Source of the DNA: an uncultured Candidatus Binatia bacterium
GTDB lineage: Bacteria > Desulfobacterota > Binatia > Bin18
Reading direction: 5' to 3'
DNA: 64,000 nt
NCBI GenBank assembly: GCA_965214605.1
Contig: OZ243961.1
Location: 4,160,001-4,224,000, forward strand
The first letter of the stretch is position 1, and each line of letters opens with the position of its first letter. The notes beneath the pieces are model-generated. The model searched no databases. It was given only the letters and a program-made list of their open reading frames with translations, and was not told where the DNA came from. A program made the position numbers and the translations under genes. Shown piece after piece: positions 1-10,761 of this stretch.

Positions 1-483
1 GAGCCGCGTTTGGCCAAGTACGGTCAGCAGGTCCGAATGTTCCTCAGAGATCTGGCCGATCCCGCCTGGTCGGCGGATCTGCCGGGACCTTTTCATGCTG
101 CGGTCTCGGCTATTGCCCTGCATCATCTGACCGATCAGCGTAAACGGACGCTGTGTGCCGAGGTCTATGACCTGCTGCTGCCCGGCGGCATGTTCCTCAA
201 CAACGACGTGGTGACCGGAGCGCAGGAAATGCGCGAGTATTTTACCCCGCTGTCTGACCGGGTGATTCAACAACAGCTGCGCGAACAGACCGGCGTGGAA
301 CATTCCTTGGGGGAGATCCGCAAGGCGCGCACGGTCATGCAGCGACCCAAAGGTCAGAACAGCCACATCGCGGTGCTTGAGTCACAGCTGGACTGGTGGC
401 GAGAAGCGGGTTTTAGGATGGTGGACTGCTATTGGAAGTTTCTGAATTTTGCGATTTTTGGCGGGATGAAAGAAAAATCCTGA
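1..483 (+). CDS. Class I SAM-dependent methyltransferase, 5'-truncated by the window edge
   Basis: Frame open from position 1; FHAAVSAIALHHL and LLLPGGMFLNND motifs; C-terminal EAGFRMVDCYWK. Confidence 0.8.
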   Translation, partial: EPRLAKYGQQVRMFLRDLADPAWSADLPGPFHAAVSAIALHHLTDQRKRTLCAEVYDLLLPGGMFLNNDVVTGAQEMREYFTPLSDRVIQQQLREQTGVEHSLGEIRKARTVMQRPKGQNSHIAVLESQLDWWREAGFRMVDCYWKFLNFAIFGGMKEKS

Positions 484-1007
484 ACAATAAGGTGCTCTTG
501 GACTAGCAGTCCGCTTTCCGGTCTGGCCTTAAGGCCGCACGCCTCGGCTAACAAGGAGAGCAGGAGTGCGGTCACGACCTGTTCTTCGCCGCTCCGATCG
601 CGGGCGCCTTTGTGCAGGGTGAGGGAACAGACCCGGGTTCTTTCCGTATCGCACACCCCGATATGGGCCCGATGGTCGCCTTTCTTTGGCCGGTCGGTTG
701 CTAGAGTTGCGGTGCAGGACAGACCGATAAGGGGCACTGTTTTATCCGCTTGGAGTCGGATTGCCCGTTGATAGGCGGCTTGGGCGAAGGCTGCTGCGGC
801 TTCACCCGTGACCGACTGATCGATCGTTGCGCCCAGAAAGGCACTTTGGGCAGCCTGGCTGTAGGGAATCACGGCTTCTAAGACCGTGCGTGAAGCGCCC
901 GGTACAGCCAAGAGGTCCGCGACGGCTTGGCCGCCGCCTCCGGTGACGGCCAAGACTGTCATGACTGGAGTGGCGTGGATTTGGGCAATGAGAGCAGTCT
1001 TGTCCAT
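429..1007 (-). CDS. CinA-like domain protein
   Basis: LAVTGGG, VPGASRTVLEAVIPYS and LATDRPKKGDHRAH motifs; ATG at 1007 just after the upstream gene stop. Confidence 0.65.
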   Translation of the reverse strand: MDKTALIAQIHATPVMTVLAVTGGGGQAVADLLAVPGASRTVLEAVIPYSQAAQSAFLGATIDQSVTGEAAAAFAQAAYQRAIRLQADKTVPLIGLSCTATLATDRPKKGDHRAHIGVCDTERTRVCSLTLHKGARDRSGEEQVVTALLLSLLAEACGLKARPESGLLVQEHLIVQDFSFIPPKIAKFRNFQ

Positions 1008-1017
1008 TCTTATTTTT

Positions 1018-1884
1018 TCAGAGCTCCAGCATCGCCCGCGTCTCATCCGGTGTCGCCACCTCCTGGCCCATACCCGTGATCATCCCCACCGCCCTGCTTA
1101 CAATCTCCGCATTGCTCAGCTGCCCTTCTTTGGCGTACTGATAGTCCTCCAGGCCAATCCGAACATGGCCGCCCATACTCACGATTTGGGGCACGAAGGG
1201 GAGGTTGTCGCCGCCCAGGGTTGCCGCAAACCAGTTACAGCGCACGTCTTTGAGCATGTCCAGATAGGCTTCGAGGCTCTTCAGGGTTGGTGGTAGACCA
1301 AACGGCAGCGTAGGGCCGCCAAAATAGAATTTCAGCAAGAGGGGCTCTGTGAGTACCCCTTTGTCTAAGAAGACCAAGGCCGCGCGCAAGAAACTGGCGT
1401 CAAAAATCTGGAGAGTCGGACGCAGGCCAAGTTCGTTTGAGCCCTCTAAGAAGTGTTTAATGGTGTCGTAGGAGTTTTGGTAGACAAAATTCCCCTCGCC
1501 TAGGTTCTTGGTGATCGGATCATACGTCACCAGGTTGACCGAGCCCATGTCTCCGGCCCCTAGGTCCGGTTTGGTGCCCGGATCTTTGGCCAAATCAAAA
1601 AAGTGCTGAAACCGCTGAGCCGGATCATTCCCAAATGGAAAGGTTGGCCACAGCAGTGGGGTGCACTTTTCGCGCGTGCGTTTGTAGACCTCTGAATAGT
1701 ACGGCAGATCTTGAACCCAAGCCCCAGTATCAGGGTTGCGGACATGAAAATGGATCAGAGCTGCGCCCGCCTGACAGGTGGCGATTGCGTCGTTGGCGAT
1801 TTCCTCCGGGCTATACGGAATATTGGGGTTAAGGTCTCTCATGGCGTTCCCGTTAATAGCAGCCTCAATCATGACTTTGGTCAT
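1018..1884 (-). CDS. 3-keto-5-aminohexanoate cleavage enzyme family (BKACE/DUF849)
   Basis: IEAAING, AGAALIHFHVR Zn motif and GGHVRIGLED; SD aaggagg upstream. Confidence 0.9.
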   Translation of the reverse strand: MTKVMIEAAINGNAMRDLNPNIPYSPEEIANDAIATCQAGAALIHFHVRNPDTGAWVQDLPYYSEVYKRTREKCTPLLWPTFPFGNDPAQRFQHFFDLAKDPGTKPDLGAGDMGSVNLVTYDPITKNLGEGNFVYQNSYDTIKHFLEGSNELGLRPTLQIFDASFLRAALVFLDKGVLTEPLLLKFYFGGPTLPFGLPPTLKSLEAYLDMLKDVRCNWFAATLGGDNLPFVPQIVSMGGHVRIGLEDYQYAKEGQLSNAEIVSRAVGMITGMGQEVATPDETRAMLEL

Positions 1885-1992
1885 ACGTCCCTCCTTAACA
1901 GATGCGCTGCCGCGCGGTCAGTATCCACGATCCCTCATCCACTGATGGGCGCATTCTGTCCCGCAACTCTTAGCCTATTTCACGGACGGTTT

Positions 1993-2787
1993 TCAATACG
2001 TTTTCCGCACGCTGACGCCCCGCTCAGCTAAGAACGCTTTGCAGTCCCGAATCGTGTATTCCTGATAGTGAAAAATCGACGCGGCCAGGGCCGCGTCCGC
2101 CCGACCCCGGGTCAGGCCGTCATAAATATGTTCGAGGGTACCCACGCCGCCCGAGGCAATAACCGGGATGCTGACCGCATCGGCAATCGCCCGGGTCAGG
2201 GCAATATCATAGCCGGTTTTGGTGCCGTCTCTATCCATGCTGGTGAGAAGAATCTCCCCTGAGCCATAGGCTTCCATACGTTGGGCCCATTCGACGGCAT
2301 CAATCCCGGTCGGTGTCCGTCCGCCGTGGACGTACACCTCCCACGCCACCTCCTCGGCCGAGGACGTATTGCCGAGGGCTGAGCGCTTTCTTTTGGCATC
2401 AATGGCCACAATCGTACATTGCGCGCCAAAGCGTTCAGCAGCTTCCTTGACGAACTCCGGATGATCTACGGCTGCGGTGTTGATCGAGACCTTGTCGGCT
2501 CCGGCGTTCAACAGACTGCGGATATCCGCAATCTCTCGCACGCCTCCGCCGACGGTGAGCGGCATAAAGACCGTTTCTGCGGTACGTTGAACCACATCAA
2601 GAAGGATTTTGCGCCGTTCGTGGGAAGCGGTAATATCCAGAAAGGTCAGCTCGTCCGCGCCCTCGTCATTATAGCGCTGGGCGATTTCGACCGGATCGCC
2701 GGCATCGCGCAAATTGACAAAATTGATCCCCTTGACCACACGGCCGTCTTTAACATCCAGACAAGGAATAACGCGTTTTGTCAGCAT
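1993..2787 (-). CDS. hisF: Imidazole glycerol phosphate synthase subunit HisF
   Basis: [38 protein letters not shown] and PVIASGGVG. Confidence 0.97.
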   Translation of the reverse strand: MLTKRVIPCLDVKDGRVVKGINFVNLRDAGDPVEIAQRYNDEGADELTFLDITASHERRKILLDVVQRTAETVFMPLTVGGGVREIADIRSLLNAGADKVSINTAAVDHPEFVKEAAERFGAQCTIVAIDAKRKRSALGNTSSAEEVAWEVYVHGGRTPTGIDAVEWAQRMEAYGSGEILLTSMDRDGTKTGYDIALTRAIADAVSIPVIASGGVGTLEHIYDGLTRGRADAALAASIFHYQEYTIRDCKAFLAERGVSVRKTY

Positions 2788-2881
2788 GCGGGGAGTGTCA
2801 GAGGTTTGGACCAAAGAGTCAAGGGTAGAGGAGAGGTTGGCGGTCGGGCGACTCGCGCGGATCGCTCGGCCTCCAGTCAGC

Positions 2882-5137
2882 TCAAAACCTGATTCTGATA
2901 CCAACCGTCACGACCCGGCCAGGCTCAAAGACCTCCCGCCCGCTAAACGGGTTCTCCCGGGTTAGATGTTCGTTGTAGTTTCTGTCGAACAGGTTGGCGA
3001 CGTTGATCGTTAGTTCGTGACGACCCAGAAAACGCCATCCCGCGCTGAGATCTGCGGTTACAAACCCTTGGGTGACGTTCTCACCAAAAGCCGAGTCTAT
3101 GCGGTGTTGGCTTTGGACAAATCGAACCTCGGGAGTGAACCACAAGCCCCAGTCGGCATGCTCATAGCGGGCTCCCAGCTTACCCTCCAGTGGCGGAATC
3201 TCGGGGAGTGCGGTGTTGTCCTCGTTTTCTCCACGCACATAGGCAAAGGAACCGAGCAGAGTCAGGTCTTCACGCAGGGTATAACTCAGAGCAAAGTCTC
3301 CCCCGATCAGGGTGGCGTAATCAATGTTGCGGAAGCCGCGCAAGTTACACGGCCCATGCGGACACTGGAATTGGCTGTCCAGGATATACTCCAAAATATA
3401 GTCATCAATACGGTTGTAGAAAAACGAGCCATCCACGGTCAATTTCCCCCACCGGGCTCGGGTGCCGACATCGACCTCTAGGCTCTCTTCCGGGTCAAGA
3501 CCAGGGTGGCCAACATAGAAACCGCCCGGTCCGGGCCCCAAGGCTAAATACCGTTCGGTTGCATCGGCCGTCCGCACGGCTCGCCCAACTCCGACGAACA
3601 GGTCCACTGAGGACAGAGGAGAATAAATCAGGCGTCCGTTGGCGCTCACATTCGTCTCGAATTCATCAACCTCACCCGCCCCAGCACCGTAGAAACGCTG
3701 ATAGGCCATACGGGTAGCTGCGTCCGGGTTCGCGCCGGCATCGACGAAATCAGCCCGAGTTCCGACAATCACCCGCCACTTCGGCGCAAACTGATAGTTG
3801 TACTCCCCAAAAATACCGCCGTTCATGATATGCGTATCCGGCCAGGCATGAAAATATCGGGTCATACCGGCCATAGCGCCGCTCACAAATGAGAGGTGGT
3901 TGGTGCCCTCGCGTTCAAGCCGATAGACGTCACCACCAACAGCCAGACTGCCACCAAAGCTAGGCAGGATATTAGCTTGGACGCGCCCGCCAAACGTTCG
4001 GGCATCAAGCGGAAACACAACGCGCCTGAGCGGATGAGTATGTGTCCCATGTCCACCGCTGTTCATCATGCCGCTGTGACCGCCGCCCGTCATCGTATCG
4101 TTATGGCCGGTAGAGTGTCCTGTGCCGTCCATGTTGCCTGACCCGGAGCCGTTGCTAGTGGCGCTGCTCCCGGCCCGGTAGGGTTTGTGTTCGTTGTTCA
4201 TCCGATGGTGGACATAGTTGTAGTAACCCGTGAACTCTAGACTATGGACGCGGGGAAAGGGATTGCTAATGGTATAAGTTACCGAGCCGAGATAGGCGTC
4301 GTCTTCTTCGAGGTGTAAGGGGAGGGTGGCAAAGCGCGCGTCCCGGTCCGACTCTCGGCTTATGGAGAGACGAAAGCGATGGTTTGCATGGGGCTGCCAT
4401 AGGAGTGAACCGAACACGGACTGACTCTGAAACCCTGACTGGACACGCTCGCCGTCCCCAGAGTCATAGTCCTGATAATCGCGATAGCTACCCGACAAAC
4501 GAAAGGCCAGCTTCGGCCCACCTGCATTGACCGAGGCCCGCGTGGTAAAGCCGTTGTAATTGCTGACGTACAGGCCACCGAGCGAGCCGTTGGCGTACCA
4601 GGTGTGCGAGAGTTCGGGCTGCTTGGTCACTAGATTGATCGTGCCGCCTATACCACTCGGCCCCCGGGTGACCGAGTACGGTCCCTTGATCACTTCAATG
4701 GCTTCCAACTCTTCGATTTCCAGCAGCGAGGTTGGTGGGTCCATGCGAAACGGCCCGCCGCCCCATATCTTTGTTCCGTTGGTCATCACGCTGAGCCGAT
4801 CCTCGCCCAACCCACGGATGATCGGATCAAGAGACATTCCACCGAGGCGTTTCCCACTGACCCCAGGGACTGCGGTTTTGAGGAACTCGGCCACATCTTT
4901 GGCCTGATGGTTTTGCACCTGCTGGGCTGATATCACTGCACCTCCCGCACCCTCAAAGCGCAGGATGCGTGCTGCAGAAACAGTCATCGGCTCAAGTATT
5001 GTGGTTTCGCCGGCCTCCGCCGGCGGTCCGGCGTCCTGAGCGGTAGCGGGCTGGATAACGGCGTGTATCACGCCGAAGCTGATAAACAAGGAACTCCACA
5101 CCCACCGGCGGCGGGTGGATTCAGGCATAACAGACAT
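2882..5137 (-). CDS. TonB-dependent outer-membrane receptor, OprC/NosA-like metal receptor
   Basis: Signal peptide; plug DPIIRGL...RMDPPTS...[10 protein letters not shown]; HRM motif; [11 protein letters not shown]...EPGR; C-terminal Phe. Confidence 0.88.
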   Translation of the reverse strand: MSVMPESTRRRWVWSSLFISFGVIHAVIQPATAQDAGPPAEAGETTILEPMTVSAARILRFEGAGGAVISAQQVQNHQAKDVAEFLKTAVPGVSGKRLGGMSLDPIIRGLGEDRLSVMTNGTKIWGGGPFRMDPPTSLLEIEELEAIEVIKGPYSVTRGPSGIGGTINLVTKQPELSHTWYANGSLGGLYVSNYNGFTTRASVNAGGPKLAFRLSGSYRDYQDYDSGDGERVQSGFQSQSVFGSLLWQPHANHRFRLSISRESDRDARFATLPLHLEEDDAYLGSVTYTISNPFPRVHSLEFTGYYNYVHHRMNNEHKPYRAGSSATSNGSGSGNMDGTGHSTGHNDTMTGGGHSGMMNSGGHGTHTHPLRRVVFPLDARTFGGRVQANILPSFGGSLAVGGDVYRLEREGTNHLSFVSGAMAGMTRYFHAWPDTHIMNGGIFGEYNYQFAPKWRVIVGTRADFVDAGANPDAATRMAYQRFYGAGAGEVDEFETNVSANGRLIYSPLSSVDLFVGVGRAVRTADATERYLALGPGPGGFYVGHPGLDPEESLEVDVGTRARWGKLTVDGSFFYNRIDDYILEYILDSQFQCPHGPCNLRGFRNIDYATLIGGDFALSYTLREDLTLLGSFAYVRGENEDNTALPEIPPLEGKLGARYEHADWGLWFTPEVRFVQSQHRIDSAFGENVTQGFVTADLSAGWRFLGRHELTINVANLFDRNYNEHLTRENPFSGREVFEPGRVVTVGIRIRF

Positions 5138-5256
5138 ACTCCCTCCTGTTCTCCGTATCTGTGGACCGGTCTGTACAGAGCGGTTGCCCCATCCAACTGG
5201 TTCAAGATGGTGGCAGGGCCGTCGGGGACGGCAGCTGGTGGACGCTGAGAAGACAA

Positions 5257-5655
5257 TCAGACCACAAACGAGGAACGGGGTGGGGGGCTAGGGGGTGCAG
5301 GGGCGACCTCCGCCGAGTACTCACAAACCGGCTGGCGGTGGGACCGCTGGGGGTGGGTGATACTCAGGCGGACGGCCCGGGTGATCACAAAGCGGGGAGA
5401 CTCCAGACTCGCCGGCTCATCCGCGCGGGCCGGACGACAGGTTTGGATGGCCGGCCCCAAGCCGGCATGGTGCGCTTGGGGGCAATCCCGGGTGTGAGGG
5501 GCGGTATAGGTCGTGTGGCCCTGCGAAAGAGGGCAGTGCTGTGTGGACCGGCAGCAGGCGTGCGGAGCAGCGCTTAGGGCGGTGTAGAGGACTGGTAGCA
5601 GCCAGCCGGAGCCGGTGAGGATGATGGTCAGCACCAGACTCAGACGCCGCTTCAT
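5257..5655 (-). CDS. Small Cys/His-rich protein with N-terminal hydrophobic segment and Pro-rich tail (DUF2946/CruR-like uORF)
   Basis: MKRR plus hydrophobic stretch; HACC, HCP and DCPQAHH; ends PAPPSPPPRS; directly upstream of the TonB receptor. Confidence 0.6.
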   Translation of the reverse strand: MKRRLSLVLTIILTGSGWLLPVLYTALSAAPHACCRSTQHCPLSQGHTTYTAPHTRDCPQAHHAGLGPAIQTCRPARADEPASLESPRFVITRAVRLSITHPQRSHRQPVCEYSAEVAPAPPSPPPRSSFVV

Positions 5656-5703
5656 GGAATGCCGGTGTAGCAGAAAGACTCCTGAGAGAGGCTGTTGGCG
5701 CGC

Positions 5704-6927
5704 TCAGGTCAGGGCCGCGCTGATTCGTTGAAGCGCTGCTTCAACGTTTTCGTAGCTGTTAAAAGCACTGATCCGAGCATAGCCCTCTCCACACCTACCA
5801 AAGCCTGCGCCTGGAGTACAGACCACCCCGGCTTTATTCAGCAGCAGATCAAAGAATTCCCAGGAATCCGTATTGGTCTTGAGCCAGACATAGGGGGCGT
5901 GTTCGCCCCCCACACAGGCGTAGCCGAGTTTACTCATGGTTTGACGAATGAGGGCTGCGTTGGTCATGTAATAATCGCTCAGTTCCCGGACTTGCCGGGT
6001 ACCCTCTGCGGAGTACGCCGCCTCGGCCGCGCGTTGGACCGGGTACGACACGCCGTTGAACTTGGTCGATTGGCGTCGATCCCACAGGGCGTGCAGCGCA
6101 TGGGCTGTCCCGTGCGAGTCGTAGACCTGACACTGCTTGGGTACGATGGTGTAGGCGCACCGGGTTCCGGTAAACCCGGCCGTCTTTGAAAAGCTGCGGA
6201 ACTCAACCGCAACTTTCTTGGCCCCCTCAAGTTCATAAATGCTCTGTGGTAGCGTATCGTCCCGAATAAATTCGACATAGGCCGCGTCATACAGAATCAG
6301 AGCTTTATTTTCCTCGGCATAGTCCACCCACGGTCGCAGCTGGTCCTTGGTCACCATGCTGCCGGTCGGATTGTTTGGGAAGCACAGATAAATGGCGTCA
6401 ACCTTTTCCTGGGGTGGCGCGGGAATGTAGTTGTTGTCTTGGGTCGATTCCAAATATACGAGGCCTTGGTAGCGGCCGTCCTGCCAGCCGGTTGAGCGGC
6501 CGGCCATAACGTTCGTATCAACATAGACCGGATAGACTGGGTCCGGAACCGCGATACGGGTATCTGGGGCGAATAGCTCCTGAAAGTTGCCGGAATCGCA
6601 TTTGGCACCATCGCTGATAAAGACTTCATCCGCCGAGATATCAAGCCCACGGGCTTGAAAATCGTGCGCGGCAACCGCTTGGCGTAAAAAATCGTATCCC
6701 AGCTCTGGGCCATAGCCGCGAAAGGTCGCATCCTCGGCCATCTCGTCAACCGCGGCGTGCAGGGCGGCAATGCACGCCGCCGGCAGGGCGCGGGTCACGT
6801 CGCCAATCCCCAGCCGGATAACATCCCGGTCTGGATTGAGCTCCTGAAAAGCGGTCACCCGCTTAGCGATATCCGAAAACAAATAGGACGCTTGGAGCTG
6901 GAGATAATTTTCATTCATGACGATCAT
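5704..6927 (-). CDS. dapL: LL-diaminopimelate aminotransferase
   Basis: SYLFSDIAKRV, LGIGDVT, GYGPELGY, CFPNNPTG and the PLP lysine in SFSKTAGFTG; SD gaggagg. Confidence 0.96.
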   Translation of the reverse strand: MIVMNENYLQLQASYLFSDIAKRVTAFQELNPDRDVIRLGIGDVTRALPAACIAALHAAVDEMAEDATFRGYGPELGYDFLRQAVAAHDFQARGLDISADEVFISDGAKCDSGNFQELFAPDTRIAVPDPVYPVYVDTNVMAGRSTGWQDGRYQGLVYLESTQDNNYIPAPPQEKVDAIYLCFPNNPTGSMVTKDQLRPWVDYAEENKALILYDAAYVEFIRDDTLPQSIYELEGAKKVAVEFRSFSKTAGFTGTRCAYTIVPKQCQVYDSHGTAHALHALWDRRQSTKFNGVSYPVQRAAEAAYSAEGTRQVRELSDYYMTNAALIRQTMSKLGYACVGGEHAPYVWLKTNTDSWEFFDLLLNKAGVVCTPGAGFGRCGEGYARISAFNSYENVEAALQRISAALT

Positions 6928-7023
6928 GCGCGACGTCCTCCTCAGTATTCTATCGTGTGTCAGAAAGTCAAAAAAAAGGAAAGTAGGGCCAAGACATGCC
7001 TCGCCCATGCCGGCTATTCGGCC

Positions 7024-8112
7024 TCACCCCTGCGGGCTATCCTGCCGTGCTAGATCGCGCGCAGCCGGATAGTCGGGGATACCGACCGCCGCCCAGCCGG
7101 CGCGGACAATCGCTTTGGCCATGACCTCAGCGGCCAGCGCTCCAATACGGAGGGCCGATGCGTGCGTCGCTCCTGTCGGCCGATGGGTGCCGGTAGCCAG
7201 GGCAAAAATTGTGTCGCCGTCATACGGCGTATGCACTGGGCTGATGGCCCGGGCAAAACCGTCATGGGCCATCTGGGCAACCTTGGTGGCCTGGACCTTG
7301 GTCAGCCGCGCGTTGGTGGCAACAATGCCGATCGTTGTGTTTTCAGCACTCTGACTCTGGGGTGGGCTGGCTGAGCGCAGCAGGCGACGACTGTCGGCCA
7401 AACTCTTACCGTCCTCGGTTCGGAGGCCAGCTACGACCCGATTGGTAGAGGGGTCAATAATGTCGCCCAGCGCATTGACCGCTACCACAGCGGCAACAGT
7501 CAGACCGCTCGCTAAGGTGATAGATGCGGTCCCAAGACCGGATTTCATAGCTCGTCGGGCTCCGGCCAGCTTGCCTACGGTTGCGCCCGCCCCGGCTCCG
7601 ACATTGCCCTCGACAACCGGGCCGCTGGTGGCCGCCTTGGCCGCCCGATAGCCACACTTGGCGGTGGGCCGAACGCTGGGATCGCCAACTCCCAAGTCGT
7701 ATAAAATGGCGGCTGGGACAATCGGAACTTTCGCCACCGGTGTAGCAAAACCAATGTCTCGCTCTTCGAGGTATTGCACGACTCCATCCGCCGCGGCCAG
7801 CCCAAAGGCGCTACCGCCAGCAAGCACAACGGCATGAATGTGGTCGACTAGGTTGACCGGGCGCAGCAGGTCGGTCTCTCTGGTGCCCGGGGCAGAGCCG
7901 CGTACGTCAACTCCGGCTATTGCCCCATCTTCGACCAGGACGACCGTGCAGCCGGTCGGCCGCTGATTGAGTGTGTAATGGCCGAGCTTAATCCCAACCA
8001 CATCGGTCAGACCGCGCGGGGCAGGTATCGGACCAGTGTCGGATGCGGCCCGAGTGGCGGCCAGCCACAGCGGGCTTAGCACAGCCAGAACGATCACAAC
8101 ATTCATACGCAT
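7024..8112 (-). CDS. Peptidase S58/P1 (DmpA-like) family protein with signal peptide
   Basis: DVRGSAPGTRETD, LAGGSAFGL, GNVGAGAGA, NTTIG autocleavage site and HTPYDGDTIF. Confidence 0.9.
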   Translation of the reverse strand: MRMNVVIVLAVLSPLWLAATRAASDTGPIPAPRGLTDVVGIKLGHYTLNQRPTGCTVVLVEDGAIAGVDVRGSAPGTRETDLLRPVNLVDHIHAVVLAGGSAFGLAAADGVVQYLEERDIGFATPVAKVPIVPAAILYDLGVGDPSVRPTAKCGYRAAKAATSGPVVEGNVGAGAGATVGKLAGARRAMKSGLGTASITLASGLTVAAVVAVNALGDIIDPSTNRVVAGLRTEDGKSLADSRRLLRSASPPQSQSAENTTIGIVATNARLTKVQATKVAQMAHDGFARAISPVHTPYDGDTIFALATGTHRPTGATHASALRIGALAAEVMAKAIVRAGWAAVGIPDYPAARDLARQDSPQG

Positions 8113-8135
8113 CGGCCAGACCTTTCTCGTGAGAC

Positions 8136-9788
8136 TCAGGTGATCACGCTGGCGGTGTCGACCCCGCACCGCTGGAACAGCCCGAGCAGGTCTACTGCAC
8201 TCCGAACCAGCGGCGCTAGTACGGTGTCGGCGGTCTCGCTTGTGGGCTGGGCGGTGTAACGCTCGGCGTAGACCCGCAGCGTGGCCGTGTCCGTCCCAGT
8301 CCCCGACAAACGACACACGAGACGTGAGCCGTCGGCCAAGCCGATGCGGAGGCCTTGGTGGCTGCTTACACTGTGGTCGACTGGGTCGGTGTAGCTGAAG
8401 TCGTCCGCTAGGCTGACCCTATTGCCCGCCAGCCAGCGGCCGACCAGGCTGGGCAAGGTTTGGCGGAGGGCCGCCAGCGCGTCGAGCGCGGCCTCCGCGT
8501 CGAGTTGTTCGAAGTCGTGCCGCTGGTAGTAGCTGCGGCCAAAGCGGTTCCAATGGTCGTGTACAAGCTGACCGACCGATTTGTGTGTCCGGGCCAGGAT
8601 CGACAGCCAACACAGAACCGCCCACAGCCCGTCTTTTTCCCGAATGTGGTCTGAGCCGGTGCCAAAGCTCTCTTCGCCGCACAGGCTACACAGCCCGGCG
8701 TCCATCAAGTTGCCAAAGAATTTCCAACCGGTTGGGGTTTCATAACACCGAATCCCCAGTGCTTGGGCGACGCGGTCAAGTGCCGTGCTAGTCGGCATGG
8801 AACGGGCCACCCCAGCCAGCCCGGCCCGGTAGGCGGGAATACAATCGGCCGCGTGCTCAGCAATAATCGCCACCGAATCGCTGGGCGTGACAAAACAGTC
8901 GCGCCCCAAGATGAGGTTCCGGTCTCCGTCTCCGTCACAGGCCGCGCCAAAGTCCGGCGCGACGCTTGCCGACAGTTCGGCCACTAGCCCGGCCGCGTGG
9001 ACCAAATTAGGGTCGGGGTGGACGCCGCCAAAGTCCTCAAGCGGAGTGGCGCGCAGCAGAGTGCTCTGGGGCGCTCCGAGGCAGTCCTCAAAAATATGCT
9101 GGGCGTACGGCCCTGTCACCCCGTGCATGGCGTCAAACCGCATCCGAAAACCGGTTTGAAAGAGGGCACGTAGGGCGTCGAAGTCAAACACGTCCTGCAT
9201 GAGGGCGGTATAGTCGGCCAGCGGATCAATAACTCGGACCTCGGTGCTGCCAATGTGGGCGAGGCCTTCCCGCTCAAGATCAATATCCGGCCACTCGACG
9301 GTCCGGTACGAAGACAGGCGCAGGCTGTGGGCATAGATCTGCTGTGTCACCCGCTCAGGAGCGGGGCCGCCATTGCGCATATTATACTTGATACCGAAGT
9401 CAGCCTGGGGGCCACCTGGGTTGTGGCTGGCGCTCAGAATAAGGCCGCCTAAGAGGTGGTGGCGACGAATGACCGCGGACATAGCTGGTGTTGACAATAG
9501 ACCGCCACGGCCGACGAGCACTCGCTTGAAGCCATGGGCGGCCGCCATGCGGATAATCCGCTGTATCGTCTGGCGACTGTAATAGCGCCCGTCGCCACCA
9601 ACAGCCAGGCTTTCGCCGCTGAAGTTGAGCGGGACCTCATCCTGTAGGGTGTTGAAGATCGCCTGGACGAAGTTTTCTACATAGTGATCTTGGGCAAACA
9701 CCTGCGTTTTTTTGCGTAAGCCCGAGGTGCCGGGCCGGTGATCGGAAAAGGGCTGGGTTGAGACGTGTTGGACGGGCGGCTGGGTCAT
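8136..9788 (-). CDS. pgm: Phosphoglucomutase
   Basis: PGTSGLRKK, SASHNPGG phosphoserine loop, DGDGDR metal loop and GEESFG. Confidence 0.95.
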   Translation of the reverse strand: MTQPPVQHVSTQPFSDHRPGTSGLRKKTQVFAQDHYVENFVQAIFNTLQDEVPLNFSGESLAVGGDGRYYSRQTIQRIIRMAAAHGFKRVLVGRGGLLSTPAMSAVIRRHHLLGGLILSASHNPGGPQADFGIKYNMRNGGPAPERVTQQIYAHSLRLSSYRTVEWPDIDLEREGLAHIGSTEVRVIDPLADYTALMQDVFDFDALRALFQTGFRMRFDAMHGVTGPYAQHIFEDCLGAPQSTLLRATPLEDFGGVHPDPNLVHAAGLVAELSASVAPDFGAACDGDGDRNLILGRDCFVTPSDSVAIIAEHAADCIPAYRAGLAGVARSMPTSTALDRVAQALGIRCYETPTGWKFFGNLMDAGLCSLCGEESFGTGSDHIREKDGLWAVLCWLSILARTHKSVGQLVHDHWNRFGRSYYQRHDFEQLDAEAALDALAALRQTLPSLVGRWLAGNRVSLADDFSYTDPVDHSVSSHQGLRIGLADGSRLVCRLSGTGTDTATLRVYAERYTAQPTSETADTVLAPLVRSAVDLLGLFQRCGVDTASVIT

Positions 9789-9807
9789 GATCGGGATGCG
9801 GGTTTGT

Positions 9808-10605
9808 TTAGGTTGGACCTGGAATCGCCTGATAGTAACCGTTGGCCTGAAGCAGGTGCACTGAGGTATCAAACAGGCAACTCAGATTGGCATCGGTGAA
9901 CAGGGTGGCCTTGTCACCGTCGGCGACAACCCGACCGTGTTTTAACAACACCACGCGTGAGATTTCTGGGGGGATTTCGTGAATGTGATGGGTGACCAGC
10001 ACGATCGTCTTGCCAGCTTGCATCAGCTGGCGAAGGGTGGCCAGATACTGGAAGCAGGTCTTTAAGTCCAGCCCGCTAGTTGGCTCATCCAGGACCAGTG
10101 TATCGGGATCGTGGACCAGCGCTCGACCGAGCAGAAAGCGGCGTTGTTCGCCGGTTGAGAGGGCGGAGAACAGCCGATCTTTGAGGGCAGTGATATCAAG
10201 CTGATGCATCAGCTCGTACGCCCGCTCAACGTCAGCCGGGCTAAAATTCTGGTGGCCCCAAATGTTATTGCTGGAATAATAGCCTGACAAGATCACACTC
10301 AGCCCCGGCACCCTGCCCATATACTCCCGCTGTAGATCGTGTGAGATCAGACCAAAACGGCGGCGCAGTGCCCACACATCCCAGCGTTCCTGGCCATAAA
10401 TACGGATCGTGCTGCCGGCCCGCTGGACCGGGTAGAGCTCGCGCGACAAGAGTTTGAGCAAGGTCGATTTGCCGGCTCCGTTGGGACCTAAGATAGCGGT
10501 ATGACAGCCTTCGGCAATGCTCAGCGAGAGTCCGTCGAAAACTCGGTTGCGCTGACGGTAGACCGTCGCATTGGTAATTTCGATAATATTTTGCGAATTC
10601 ATCAT
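9808..10605 (-). CDS. ABC transporter ATP-binding protein (ModF-like), no adjacent permease
   Basis: GPNGAGKS Walker A, LSTGEQRR signature, LVLDEP Walker B and VTHH switch. Confidence 0.88.
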   Translation of the reverse strand: MMNSQNIIEITNATVYRQRNRVFDGLSLSIAEGCHTAILGPNGAGKSTLLKLLSRELYPVQRAGSTIRIYGQERWDVWALRRRFGLISHDLQREYMGRVPGLSVILSGYYSSNNIWGHQNFSPADVERAYELMHQLDITALKDRLFSALSTGEQRRFLLGRALVHDPDTLVLDEPTSGLDLKTCFQYLATLRQLMQAGKTIVLVTHHIHEIPPEISRVVLLKHGRVVADGDKATLFTDANLSCLFDTSVHLLQANGYYQAIPGPT

Positions 10606-10761
10606 GGCTCTGTGTTCGTCTGGCAGTCCGGGCTGAAAAGTCCCGTGTACTAGATTTTGCTCTTTGGCGGGCCGTGTCAATATGGGCCTTTGTCATTTGT
10701 GGCTGGCAGTGTGGCGTGCTATAGCAGACGGCACGCCCACACTCACACAAGGAGACAGCCT

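Noticed and set aside
5068-5259. TGA readthrough of the uORF into ORF 5068-5256
   Set aside because: The TGA is not in a Cys-motif context, and the extension would overlap the receptor start out of frame.
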